DNA of 64,000 bases from Octopus sinensis (lineage: Eukaryota). Below the pieces are notes generated by a model that made no database searches, was not told where the DNA came from, and saw nothing but the letters and a program-made list of their open reading frames with translations. The position numbers and the translations under genes were made by a program. Position 1 is the first letter of the stretch. Each line of letters opens with the position of its first letter. Location of the stretch: contig NC_042997.1 of NCBI RefSeq assembly GCF_006345805.1, forward strand, positions 37,510,001 through 37,574,000. The letters run 5' to 3'. Of this stretch, positions 1-11,723 are shown one piece after another.

Positions 1-345
1 CGAGTGCATGCAGAACGGTTTCGTCGCTCTGCCCGCATCTCGGGCAGGTCAGCCCCGTGTTTCTCGAGCCGTGTCTGTAGAGCTTATCCCGAACGGGTAG
101 CGCTTCCCGGTAGCACTGCCAGGCTAGGAATCTCTGGAAGTTGTCCATAGGTCCTGGCCCGAAAGTCGTCCTGAACGGGCGGGTCAGGTATTCCTCGTCG
201 ACGCCCAGGTTCGCCCCGAGCTCATCGTCGTACCTCTCCTCCACTAATCCTCTATAGAATGCTTTGGTTGTGTTGAAGTCGCTCAAGGTCGATCCGGGAA
301 GGCATAGTTACTTAAGAGCAACGCGACACTCACGGTGCCATTCGC
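1..345 (-). mobile_element. Tx1/L1-clade LINE ORF2 C-terminal fragment (zf-RVT region); runs off the window edge
   Basis: Manual minus-strand translation: REWHRECRVALK*LCLPG...FQRFLAWQCYREALPVRDKLYRHGSRNTGLTCPRCGQSDETVLHAL. This is the CxxC-E(T)xxH zinc-knuckle region of L1/Tx1 ORF2, with one in-frame stop. Confidence 0.8.
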
Positions 346-370
346 GATAGATAGATAGATAGATAGATAT

Positions 371-460
<90 letters not shown>
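346..460. repeat. (GATA)n microsatellite
   Basis: Near-perfect GATA tandem array, seen directly. Confidence 0.97.
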
Positions 461-461
<1 letters not shown>

Positions 462-899
462 TGCATGTAGTTATTAAGTTAATTTTTCTTTTTAAGTTCA
501 GTTATAATAATAAATTTACAACATTAAGCTGTTGAGTTACTCTATACTTTTTTAGATTACACATTTGTTATTCTTAAACAAGACTATTGCTGACAGTGAC
601 GTCGAAGTTTCGGTCATATTAGTTTCTGTTGAGTTAAATTCTTCCTTAGGTATGTGGGTCTCAGTAAAGTAATTAGGTTTTAGAGTGGGATATTATTTGA
701 GAGGTGATATTAGTTTATTCTTGTATGCCGAACTTTATAAGTAGCTATTCCTATTTACATGTTGTCATTTTTGGTAGGTTGGTAATGTAAAGGTCAAAGG
801 TAGAAAGTCCAGTATTTAAAAACTCAGCAATTGGGTGTATCAACTCTTTTGTAAATGAATGTTTTATGTGTTAAAGAAAGTTCTAATCCTTCTAAGAAG

Positions 900-1780
900 T
901 ATGACATACAAAAAACTGAAACTGATAAATTTAAGTAGGAACAATATCATTTCTTCAAAAAGTTAGAATTCTCTATTAAAATAACCAAACAAATAAAATT
1001 CGTCAACTACTTAGATATTACACTCGAAGTGGAATCCAGAAACTAAAAAAGCTTACGAAAAATATAATGAAAATATCCAGTTTCTACATCAAAAATCCAA
1101 CCACTCCAAAATCTTTCAAAAGCCTAGTCAAGAACATTTCTATCAGATTTTACTCTTTATCAATCTTCGGATGAAAATATATTAAACGAAATATCAACTC
1201 GGTATACGTTGATATTTCCTTTTAAAAGGAAAAAAGTGCACTATATAAGAGGAAAAAGGGCACTATATAATCAACAAACCTCTTTCAATGAAACACCTTA
1301 AAATAGAAAAAAGGAAAATCATCTGGTTTAATCTACACTTCAGCACGTAAGTCCGCACACCAATAGCTAAAATAATATTTTCAAAATGTTGCAAAATAAA
1401 CCCTTCCGCCCAAACCACAAGTACTACAATACACGATTCAACCACAACGCGCAAACTTTTCGCAAGCAAAACAGGAAATATGAAGCGTTGCTATCAAACT
1501 TAAATGGAGATTAGAGTTACAAAAAAATACTTCGCGTGGCATCGATTTGAAAATACTGTCACGCAAACAACGTTACAAAGGTAACAACAAATCCTGCCAA
1601 CATTGTGTTAAGATGTCCTACCACATTATTACTTTCACGAACCAAATTCTGAACCTAAACTTTGAATTAGTCGTTTCATAAAAAATAATAAAACATTTCT
1701 AATCTATAAAGGCTAAACATGTTAACATATGAGCAACTCCCCTCTTTCGACATATATTATAAACTATCCCCATAATATAC
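900..1780 (+). mobile_element. Degenerate Penelope-like element, RT C-terminus to GIY-YIG region
   Basis: Frame-broken motifs ITKQIKFVNYLDITL, HQKSNHSKI..SLVKNISIRF and RKRKIIWFNLHFST*VRTPIAKI match the PLE pattern VNFLDVTL / SNHP / RKRNIIWFNPP. Confidence 0.65.
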
Positions 1781-2262
1781 TTAAAAACTCTTTTACAGGT
1801 TTACATTAAAGAAGTAGTTGAGAATTTATCTAAACGTTTCCTTATCTCCAACCAGAGTGAACACAAAAGATTTTCTAATATAATAAGAGAAGCCCTTGTG
1901 CACATTCACAAGCAAATATATATATGTATCCGTACGCAAGCAAACAGGAAGACCCTTCACCTTTTTAATTATTTTTTTTCTTTTCTGAAGCATTCTTTTC
2001 AAATTTATAATTTCTATGCTTTTACGTTTTAAATCTTTTTTTCAAATTAATTTTTTTTATATTAAGATATTTAGTCCCATTTGTAAAAAAGAATGTATAC
2101 ACTTCTTTATAATTCCCCATTTTCGCATATAGATACAGATACATAAAATAATACATTATAAAATATAAAATTCGAAACAGAATTGTAGAAATATTTATAA
2201 GCACATAGCCCACAAGCGGCTTTTCACAACTCGATGAAATTCATTCACACTCATATCCTCAC

Positions 2263-2522
2263 CAATGAAAGTTCGAAGTACTTTTCTCGTTTTAAACATC
2301 TAGATATTTCTGACAAGAAGCGTTCAAGAAATGGCTCTTCAATTTCGCCATCACTGAGTAACTTTCCTCGACTGGATTGAAAACTTCTTGTGCGTGCTGT
2401 TTTGGCTTTGGTAAAAACGTGATGATATCTTTCTGCATTCTTTTTATCGATACCAGTGTCCCTATCAATCACAAAATCGGACCCACTTTTTTTCGGTGTT
2501 TCTCAGCTATATTCAATACTTT
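2263..2522 (-). pseudogene. Putative protein-coding exon with a 1-nt frameshift in an A7 run; product unidentified
   Basis: Strong acceptor (tttcttttacag|) and donor (ttg|gtgagg) bracket 260 nt. An open frame of about 80 codons covers most of it. Adding one A to the A7 run gives an 87-codon phase 0-0 exon. Confidence 0.4.
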
Positions 2523-3615
2523 CTGTAAAAGAAACTATATTAGAAGATAATAAATTGAAGATACAGAGGATGGATAAGCGTAAGTGTTGCATCGATTATA
2601 GAAAGAACAGCTATAAGTTTACACCGGATTCCTTATTACTCTAGTCAGTGGAGCAAGGATTTCTTGACCCGAGTTCATTGTTTTATAGAGAAAATGAATA
2701 GCACTAGGACAAGATAGTAGGTTCTGAAATGTTGAATATTGTTTCTGTGCAACAAACAGGAACATTGCAAGCAATAAACTCTCGGCTTTCATTATTTTCG
2801 ACTTTTCTTTCAGATTCGTAACCTCTCCAATTTTACCGAAAGATGAATTTTCATTAAGGCGAAGATGGCGTTACATATCTGATGCCGTCTCTCTTTACAA
2901 AGTGTTACATTTCTGAAACGAAATTGTTCCAAGTATCGTTTTAACTAATCAGGAACAACGACTCCAGGCGTCAGGTGTTAGAGGTCAGAATAACCAAAAT
3001 CAAATTAATTGGAAATGTCCGTCGTTTTTAGCACATTCAATCTATCTAGTCTTGATTCTTTCTTCACCATGCTCTCTTTTCCGCTCATTGCCTTGCACTT
3101 TAGTGATATAATGGATTAACTGATTTCATAATTTCTACAATTATCACCCTGTGAACTCCAGTTTCTAAATATATATCGTAGTGTGTCTCGGTAACGAACG
3201 TAGTTTTATAATGTGTGATAATGAATTGTGTTGGGTAATCATGAAATGTACTGCCTGATATTGCTTCGGGGGGCGACGAAAATATAAGCTGAAATTGTTC
3301 AGAAGATACTTCTGTAATCGGCAACGCTGCCATCAAGTATACAGATTAGAGGTGTTTCTATTCACGCAGGCAGGTTCAGTCGACATTCTTTCTTTTAGTT
3401 CTTACTTGTATTGGAATGCGTGTGTATGAATGTGTGTATGTATGTATCTGTGTACGTATGCATGTATGTATATATATGTAATATATGCTTATATATTTAT
3501 CTCTCTCTCTATATATATATCCGTTTCTCTCACTCTCAAGATATATACGTGTATATGTGTGTGTATATATATATATATATGTGTGTATATACATATATAC
3601 ATATGCACACACACA

Positions 3616-3998
3616 TCTCTCTCTATATAAACGGCAGTTTGTCTGTGCGTGTTTCTGTGTGTCTGTTTGCTTGTACCCTCACCCTGACCACGGTTTTCAA
3701 CCGATTCTGATGAAACGTGACACACACATAGCCCAATGTCATAATTCAAAACTAACGCAGCGAAAATTTTGAAAAGTTCACCCAGTTCTGAAAAATATCG
3801 CTAAATTCGACATGGGGTCGAGAATCAGAAACACAAACCACAAACTGTCTAGAGGATGCAGCTCCACCTTTTTTAACTCTCAAAAAAATTTACCATCATT
3901 TTTTTCCATTTTTTTGCTATTTTTTGGCTATAACTCTCTACAAATGCTTTATAGTTATTTCCCTTACAAACCTGAGCAACGCCGGGCGATACTGCTAG
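3616..3998 (+). mobile_element. Non-autonomous Helitron
   Basis: Starts A|TC (tctctctctatataaa). Ends with a GC-rich subterminal hairpin-like motif (cctgagcaacgccggg) and CTAG|T at 3995-3998. No TSD. Confidence 0.75.
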
Positions 3999-4032
3999 TA
4001 TATACATATATACCTATATACCTATATATATA

Positions 4033-4075
<43 letters not shown>

Positions 4076-4229
4076 TATGTATGCATATGTGTGTATAAAT
4101 AATATCTGTATATATTCATATATGGGATTCTGCTTTGGTCTAGCAAAACAATTTAACTTTGATATGTATATATATATTCTACTATTTGATACAGTAATAG
4201 CTTTATTCTAATCTACTTTTTATTGACAA

Positions 4230-4870
4230 CACACATTTCATAACAGATATTTTGGCACTGATGTCAGCAATCAGAAAAACATTCTTTGTTCCTTATAGCC
4301 ATGTTTACCATATTTGCCAGATATTTTATAATCTGTTAGAAGTCTTTCTTTCTCTCATATCTAAAGAGAAAATTACTCTATGATGGAGCAAGGTCTTTAA
4401 TTAGGTTCTAAAACGGTTTATAACAAATCGGCTGAATGTGTCCACAAGGACATTGGACAGCTGTTCGGAAAATTCAATAGAAAGTAAGAACGAACTTTGA
4501 AGACTTCGATGAATAGATTAAGCAAATATTCTTTTATTCCTCTTACTAGGTTTTATTTCTTTACTTTATCTGAATTTATTGTTTTATTTTTCGTTGGCTC
4601 ACTTACAAAATCTATGAAGGAATCAGCTTTTGTATCAATTAAATACTGGTTTCATGTCGTTTAATATCATTTCAGTATATTTTGATTGTTTTCGTTGGGA
4701 ATATTTTAATAGTTTATATATCTTTTGAAGTGTTCGTTGCCTCTTTTACAATATTTTCTGGCAATGTTTGTTGTTTATCTTTGGAACTCGGTTCCATATG
4801 GTCATAAGTTTCAAGTAGTTGTTTTGTTGTTTTTTTTTGTTTTTTCCCTCCATCAAATTCATAGCCTTCT
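4230..4870 (-). pseudogene. Possible decayed coding segment, unidentified
   Basis: Protein-like stretches in shifting frames (EGYEFDGG...TSKDI*; SIEFSEQLSNVLVDTFSRFVINRFRT*; EKERLLTDYKISGKYGKHGYKEQRMFF*) with several stops. No recognised family. Confidence 0.2.
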
Positions 4871-5039
4871 CTTAAGTAAATGTATACATATAGCAATAAA
4901 TATGTCGTGTTCTTTTCCTGATTATAAGGATATACTTATGTACGTATGCCCTTGCATACACAATTATACGCGGCGATAAACCTCCCCAAAAAAACGCACA
5001 TACATGTTGGTGTATATATAAAAATATACACGGTCAGAC

Positions 5040-5260
5040 ATGCACACACATATCCTTATGTGTGTAGATACACACACACATAAGGATATGTGTGTGCATG
5101 TCAGAATATATTTGTATGTATGTATGTATGTATGTATGTATGTATGTATGTATGTATGTATGTGTGTATGTGTGTTTGTATGGATGCATGTGTGTATGTA
5201 TGTATGTGTGTATGTATGTATATGTAATTGTGAATGTGTGTGTATGTGTGTGTATACTAC
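5040..5260. repeat. (ATGT)n/(GT)n compound microsatellite
   Basis: Seen directly. Confidence 0.9.
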
Positions 5261-5974
5261 AAAAGAATAATAATATGAATACAAATTATTATTGCTAGCA
5301 ATTTATATATTGTTACGTATGCTAAATAAACATGTTAAGCAATAAATATCTTAAAAGAAATCCCTATATTAAGAACAGTAATTTTACATGAGAATAAAAC
5401 CAACGATCTCAGATGTGCGAGCGTAGTTAATATTCAGAATTTGATTTCCTTTCAGGAAAATCCTATTTAAACATACACCTATCTAATTATTATGCTGCAC
5501 ACTCGTAACTGTTGCTGGAACGTTTGTAATCTAGCGGTGAAATGTGATTATTCCAATAGAGTATCTAATATATATTATATGTTGTATGATAATAAAAGCG
5601 TTTTGCAAGTGTTTCGTGTTTAGAACTATACTTCTTTAAAGATTGGTCTCTAGATACATATCATAGTTCCGAATAAGCCAGTTAATAAGCATCTGGACCA
5701 CCAGCAGCAATATTTTCCAACATTTGGGCAATGACACAAAAGTACCACAAATGAATCTATAAAAAAGAAACTACATAATCTATGACAATGCTTTCTGAAA
5801 AGTTGGATAAAAAGCACCTTTAGATACAAGTTGTTTACGTCTTCTGGTTAAGAAAATGTATCGCTCTCTCTCTCTCACTGTAGCTGTCGCAGTTTTGGTA
5901 TTCCTTAACATGCAGTCTTGATTTTGCCTGCACCTTTGGTCTATGGTCTTACAAAAGAGTAAAGTATCATAGGA

Positions 5975-6001
5975 GGGTAGATAGATAGACAGATAGATAT
6001 G

Positions 6002-6067
<66 letters not shown>

Positions 6068-6150
6068 TAGATTGAGAGAGGGAGTGAGAGACAGACAGAC
6101 AGACAGACAGTTACAGACAGACAGAGATGCATACATACATATATACATAC
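5975..6150. repeat. (GATA)n/(GA)n/(GACA)n compound microsatellite
   Basis: Seen directly. Confidence 0.92.
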
Positions 6151-6933
6151 ATACGCAGGCTCGTGTCTATACAACTTTAAGAGCTTCTGAATGAAATTTG
6201 ATAGAATGTACTTTTTACTTAAACTAACTACTCTGGTCTCATGCAATCTTCAGGCGATAACATTTCCTTTCGCCCACGGGAGGATCTAAAATACTTTGAA
6301 CCGGTTTCGTTGTTTTATATTTGGCTATCGTAATACTGCCTGACTTTTAATGTTGCTTTGTTGGGTCTTTATCTATGCTGGTCTGTATTTGGAATTGAGA
6401 GCGAGAGGTACCACGTGTATGGACACAGTAAATGGGGAGAAAGTAAGCAGATTTAAAGTAACTGCTTCAATTGTTATTACAGAAATAGATATTGCCGTTT
6501 GTTCTCCGACGCATACTATCTTTGTCTAACTTTAGCTCACCAAAATCAAATTTTTCCAATGAAGTTTCCCACAATTTCTCACCGAAAAAGCGGAAGAAAA
6601 AATGATCATTTGCTAAAAATATTTATTCAATTTCGGCAAGTTTAGGAGTATACGTACGTATATATGCATCGTTAGCCATACATATTACGAACTTAACGAT
6701 GAATTTCTTTTTTCTTGTATTTTCCGGGTTTATTTATGGCGTGCTTTATGGGTGTGCGGTTATTAGAATCGAGTTGTGTATTTTATAGATATAAATAGAT
6801 GTGATTATTAGGAGAGGTTGATATAGCAACATGACTTAGGCTTTAATCAATGTTTATATAAAACTGCATCTATGAGTTATTAATATGTTTCTTTCAATAA
6901 TGGTTTCGAGTTTTGCCACAAGGGCAGCAATTT

Positions 6934-7357
6934 TGGAGGAGGGAATAAATCGATTAAATCGACCCCAGTGTTCAACTGGTACATTTTTATTGACACTTGA
7001 AAGGACGTATGGCAAAGTCGACCTCGGCGGAATTTGAACTCAGAACGGAGCGACACGCGAAATAACGCTAGGTGAATTTAAAAAATTTTTTTTATTATAT
7101 TTAATTTTGTGACTCTACATTCCACTGTGTCAATGATACTTATGTAATAGTCCTGAGTATTCCTTACTTGATAAGTTTATATATATATATATATAACAGA
7201 TATTTAAGTTACTATTTCTTTACCTTTGCGAAATCTTATTTAAAAAATATATGACTCCGCAAAATCTATTTTTGCTAGTATTATTATACATCATACTGGC
7301 ACCAGTTACAGAGCAAAAGCACAAACAGCTGAAAATATGCAGCACTAGAGATTGTTA
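6934..7357. repeat. Left arm of a ~424-bp inverted duplication (partner 10786-11207); includes a SINE fragment
   Basis: Base-by-base reverse-complement match to 10786-11207 at roughly 95% identity (estimated by eye). Confidence 0.93.
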
Positions 7358-7395
7358 GAATCCCCTACCTGTTTGTAATTAGTTTGAATATATAT

Positions 7396-7476
<81 letters not shown>

Positions 7477-7553
7477 TATATATATATACATATATAAATA
7501 TATATATATATATATACATAATAATATATATATATTATATATATATATATATA

Positions 7554-10500
7554 TCACACCCAAGCCCCAGGTGGGACTACCCACTATATACCAGACCACC
7601 ACAGCAAACAGACACAGGATGGACACCGCCGGCAACAACGTACACCTCACCTCGATACTCCTACTGAACATCAGAGGACTGCAAACACTCAGTAACAGGA
7701 CAAAGATCCCGTTCCTGAGAGACTTTGTTGCATGCAATCAAGCCTTATGCATAGCACTTACAGAAACGCACCTGAAACCGGACATAGCAGATGCGGAGTT
7801 ACACATACCACAGTATGCTGTACTACGGACCGACAGGAAAGAAAGGAGTGATGGAGGTGTTGCTATGTACATCCGTGAGGACCTCACACCCCAGGTCCTC
7901 TTGTCATACTCAAACTCGGTGTGTGACACACTAATTGTACATATTAGGCAACTTGATGTAGTTGTGTGTGCTACATATCGCCCTCCAGATGCCCCAAGCC
8001 ATGTGGGCAAGTTTGAAGACTGCCTTATAAAAATAGAAGAAATTCTAACCACATTAGAACAACACATAGGTGTGCTTCTTATGGGAGACTTCAATCTGCC
8101 CAATGTCAGATGGCCCGAGGTCCTTTCTCTCCCAGGAATGACAAGATGTGAACGAGGACAGGCGAGGTCCCTCCTGAACCTCATCAACACCCTGTACATG
8201 GAGCAGGTAATACTCCAACCAACCAGGGCAGGTAACACACTGGATCTCTGCTTCACAAATGACATGGATCTCATCCATAATGTGAAAGTGACACCGACAC
8301 TACTCTCGGATCACAACATGATAGAGCTGACCATGTACGGGCCAAAAGAGAGCACGGACATGCAGCCTACAAGAAACCCTCAAAATCTTTCCAGCTTGAA
8401 CTACCATAAGGCAAACTGGAAACAAATTGAGAAAGAGATCCTCAAACAAAACTGGCCTAAATGTCTCTCCTCGCCAGACATCGACGTGAAACTTCAACAA
8501 TTCATGTCTGTAATGCAAGCCATATGCTACAAATGTGTCCCAGAGAGAAAGGCCACTGTACACAAGAACAAAATCCCTAGAGAGAGGAAATTTTAATGAG
8601 ACGGCGTACGAAATTTTCAAATCGCCTAAACAAACAGATTGAAAGCAGTGAAAAGTCCCGCCTAAAATAAAACTGTTGGAAATCGAAAAATGTCTGCAAC
8701 TCTCCCATGAAAAAGAAAGAGCAGACAAAGAAGCCTGGCTATAGAAAACATAAAATCTAACCCAGAGCTTTCTACAGGTATGCCAAAGAAACAGCTACAG
8801 TGCACTGTAGAATAGGGCCACTCCTCGAAAAGGATGGCACACTTACAGGAAAACCAATGAGGGTAAGTGAAATACTGAATGAGCAATTCAAGAGTGTTTT
8901 CACTCCACCCCTTGGGCATCTCCAAATCACCAATCCAACTGACTTTTTTACCACTGCAGATATAAAATCAGAGGCGGCGACGATAGATTACATCGATATA
9001 AAGGAAGACGATGTAACCAAGGCTATAGATGAAATGAAAACAGACTCAGCTACTGGCCCCGATGGATTCCCGGCAATCCTCCTAAAAGCATGTAAGAGAG
9101 TCCTAGCAAGACCACTGCAGTTCCTCTTTCAGAGCTTCCTTGCAGCTGGCAAACTTCCAGGAAAACTGAAGGAAGGTAAAATATGCCCCATTCATAAAGG
9201 AGGTAGCAGAGCGGAAGCCAAGAACTATAGACCTATCTCTCTGACCTCACACATCAGCAAGGTCATGGAACGAATAGTCAGAAGGAAGCTGATCACCTTC
9301 CTTGAAGAGAATGACTTGCTGCCCGACACCCAACATGGTTTCCGACCAGGGAGAAGCTGTTTAACTCAGCTCCTACAACACTATGACTGGGTGCTGAAAC
9401 GGCTGCTCAACCACTCAAATGTGGAAGTGATATATCTCGACTTTGCAAAGGCCTTTGATAAAGTCGATCATGGAATGATATGTCACAAACTGCGTGATCT
9501 CAACATAGTTGGAAAACTGGGAGAATGGCTTCATGACTTTCTGAAGGATAGAAGTCAGGTGGTAGTAGCCAATGGGGCCACCTCTATTAACACACAAATA
9601 GTGAGCGGTGTTCCGTAGGGCACTGTTCTGGGACCACTACTGTTCATAATGGCCCTCTCAGACATGCCCTCAGCCACGCAGAGAGCCACGATCACAAGTT
9701 ATGCAGATGATACAAAAGTTTCACAGGCAATACAGAACCCTGAGGACACTAAACACCTGCAATGTGAGCTGGACGAAATATACAAGTGGGCTGAAAAGAA
9801 TAGCATGCAGTTCAATGCTGGAAAGTTTCAAGCTTTATACTATCAGCATGCAAAACTGAATGCAATACCCAATGAATACACTGGACCCGGAGGGATTGCA
9901 ATCCCAGAGGCACAATCAGTGCGTGACCTGGGTATTCACATGAGTGATGACGCGACCTTTCATGTACATGTTGCTAAACTAAATGAAATGTAGACGGCTG
10001 GCTGGATGGATTCTTAGAACCTTTAGAACAAGAGAACAAGAAACCATGATGGTCCTCTGGAAGACACTTGTCCTAAGCCACTTTGACTATTGCTCTCAGC
10101 TATGGTCCCCATCCAGTGTCAAGTTGATCACAGAACTTGAGGCGATCCAACGAAGCTACACAAAGAAGATAGCCTCTATGCAGAATGTAAGCTACTGGGA
10201 AAGACTCAAGAGATTAAAATTATATTCCCTGGAGCGTAGGCGGGAAAGATATGCCATAATATACATCTGGAAGATCCTGGAGGGAAGTGTCCTGAACTTT
10301 GGCATCGAGAGTTACGCAAATGCCAAAACTGGGCGCCACTGCGTGGTGCCTAGGACTCCAAACCTGCCATCAAGATGTAGGACAAGATTCTGTGATAGCC
10401 TGGGCTTCCGAGGCCCACAGCTCTTCAATATCCTCCCGAAGAACCTGAGAGACCTGCATGGGGTGGATACAGATGTCTTTAAAATGAAGCTGGATCTCTT

Positions 10501-10703
10501 CCTGTCAGGTGTCCCAGATGAACCAACTTCACGGCAGGAGGGGCAGATGAGGGCAGCTGCATCGAACTCTCTCATGCACCAAATAGCAGTTGCTAGAAAG
10601 CCTCCATGAAGTGAAACCAAGTAGCAACACCAAATGGCGGTGCCCCAGCATGGCCACAGCTCATAAGCTGAAACTAGAATCAATCAATCAATCAATCAAT
10701 CAA
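7554..10703 (+). mobile_element. Near full-length ORF2 of a CR1/L2-group non-LTR retrotransposon (APE endonuclease + RT), disabled; inserted in a (TA)n tract
   Basis: APE motifs LLNIRGL, TETHL, GDFNLP, TRAGNTLDL, SDHN (likely ATG at 7619). RT motifs GPDG, YRPISLTS, QHGFR, YLDFAKAFDKVDH, GVP*G (TAG at 9616-9618), YADD. C-terminal LERRRERY. Frameshifts near 8590-8800 and 9985. 3' (AATC)n tail at ~10678-10703. Confidence 0.95.
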
Positions 10704-10737
10704 TATAATACATACATACATACATACATATATGTAT

Positions 10738-10785
<48 letters not shown>

Positions 10786-10788
<3 letters not shown>

Positions 10789-11207
10789 CAATCTCTAGTG
10801 CTGCATATTTTCAGCTGTTTGTGCTTTTGCTCTGTAACTGTTGCCAGTATGATGTATATAATACTAGCAAAAATAGATTTTGCGGAGTCATATATTTTTT
10901 AAATAAGATTTCGCAAAGGCAAAGAAATAGTAACTTAAATATCTGTTATATATTAAAAAAAAAAACCTTATCAAGTAAGGAATACTCAGGAGTATTACAT
11001 AAGTATCATTGACACATTGGAATGTAGAGTCACAAAATGAAAAATAATAAAAAATTTTTTAAATTCACCTAGCGTTATTTCGCGTGTCGCTCCGTTCTGA
11101 GTTCAAATTCCGCCGAGGTCGACTTTGCCATTCGTCCTTTCAAGTGTCAATAAAATATGTACCAGTTGAACACTGGGGTCGATCTAATCGATTTATCCCC
11201 TCCTCCA
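10786..11207. repeat. Right arm of the inverted duplication, embedded between (TA)n tracts
   Basis: Reverse complement of 6934-7357. Confidence 0.93.
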
Positions 11208-11210
11208 TAT

Positions 11211-11249
<39 letters not shown>

Positions 11250-11371
11250 GGAGAGTATTGTAGTTTGCGTGAATCATTGTGTATTGTCTGTAAAGAATGA
11301 AAAGTTTTGAATGGTAAAACAATACACTATAATATAAACAATGGGCTGTACGCCTGTTGTAATTTAGTCAG

Positions 11372-11515
11372 CCATAGTCTGATAATATTTCGGAATAAAA
11401 TTCCTTCTTCAGATATTCTTAGATGGAGTCGCTGCTGGAAAACTGATTATAGCAGCGACTCAATCTAAGGATATTTGAAGAAGGAATTTTATTTCGAAAT
11501 ATTATCAGACTATGG
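11372..11515. repeat. Imperfect hairpin, 65-bp arms and 14-nt loop, related to the PLE terminus at 42250-42360/43870-43970
   Basis: ccatagtctgataatatttcggaat...gagtcgctgct / agcagcgactc...atattatcagactatgg. Shares ccatagtctgata...ttccttcttcagatat...gagtc with the PLE end. Confidence 0.85.
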
Positions 11516-11595
11516 ATGAGTAAATTACCAGAGGCGTATAGCCCATTGTTTGTATTATAGGGCATTGTTGTACGAACCAAAACATTTCATTCGTC

Positions 11596-11627
<32 letters not shown>

Positions 11628-11688
11628 GTGAGTGTGTGTGTATGTATGCATGTATGTAGGTGTGCATATGTGCATGCATGCATGTATG

Positions 11689-11723
<35 letters not shown>

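Noticed and set aside
461-900. Minus-strand RNFDVTV as a Penelope RT motif (inverted partner of 900-1780)
   Set aside because: Single short motif with no supporting flanking similarity; may be chance.
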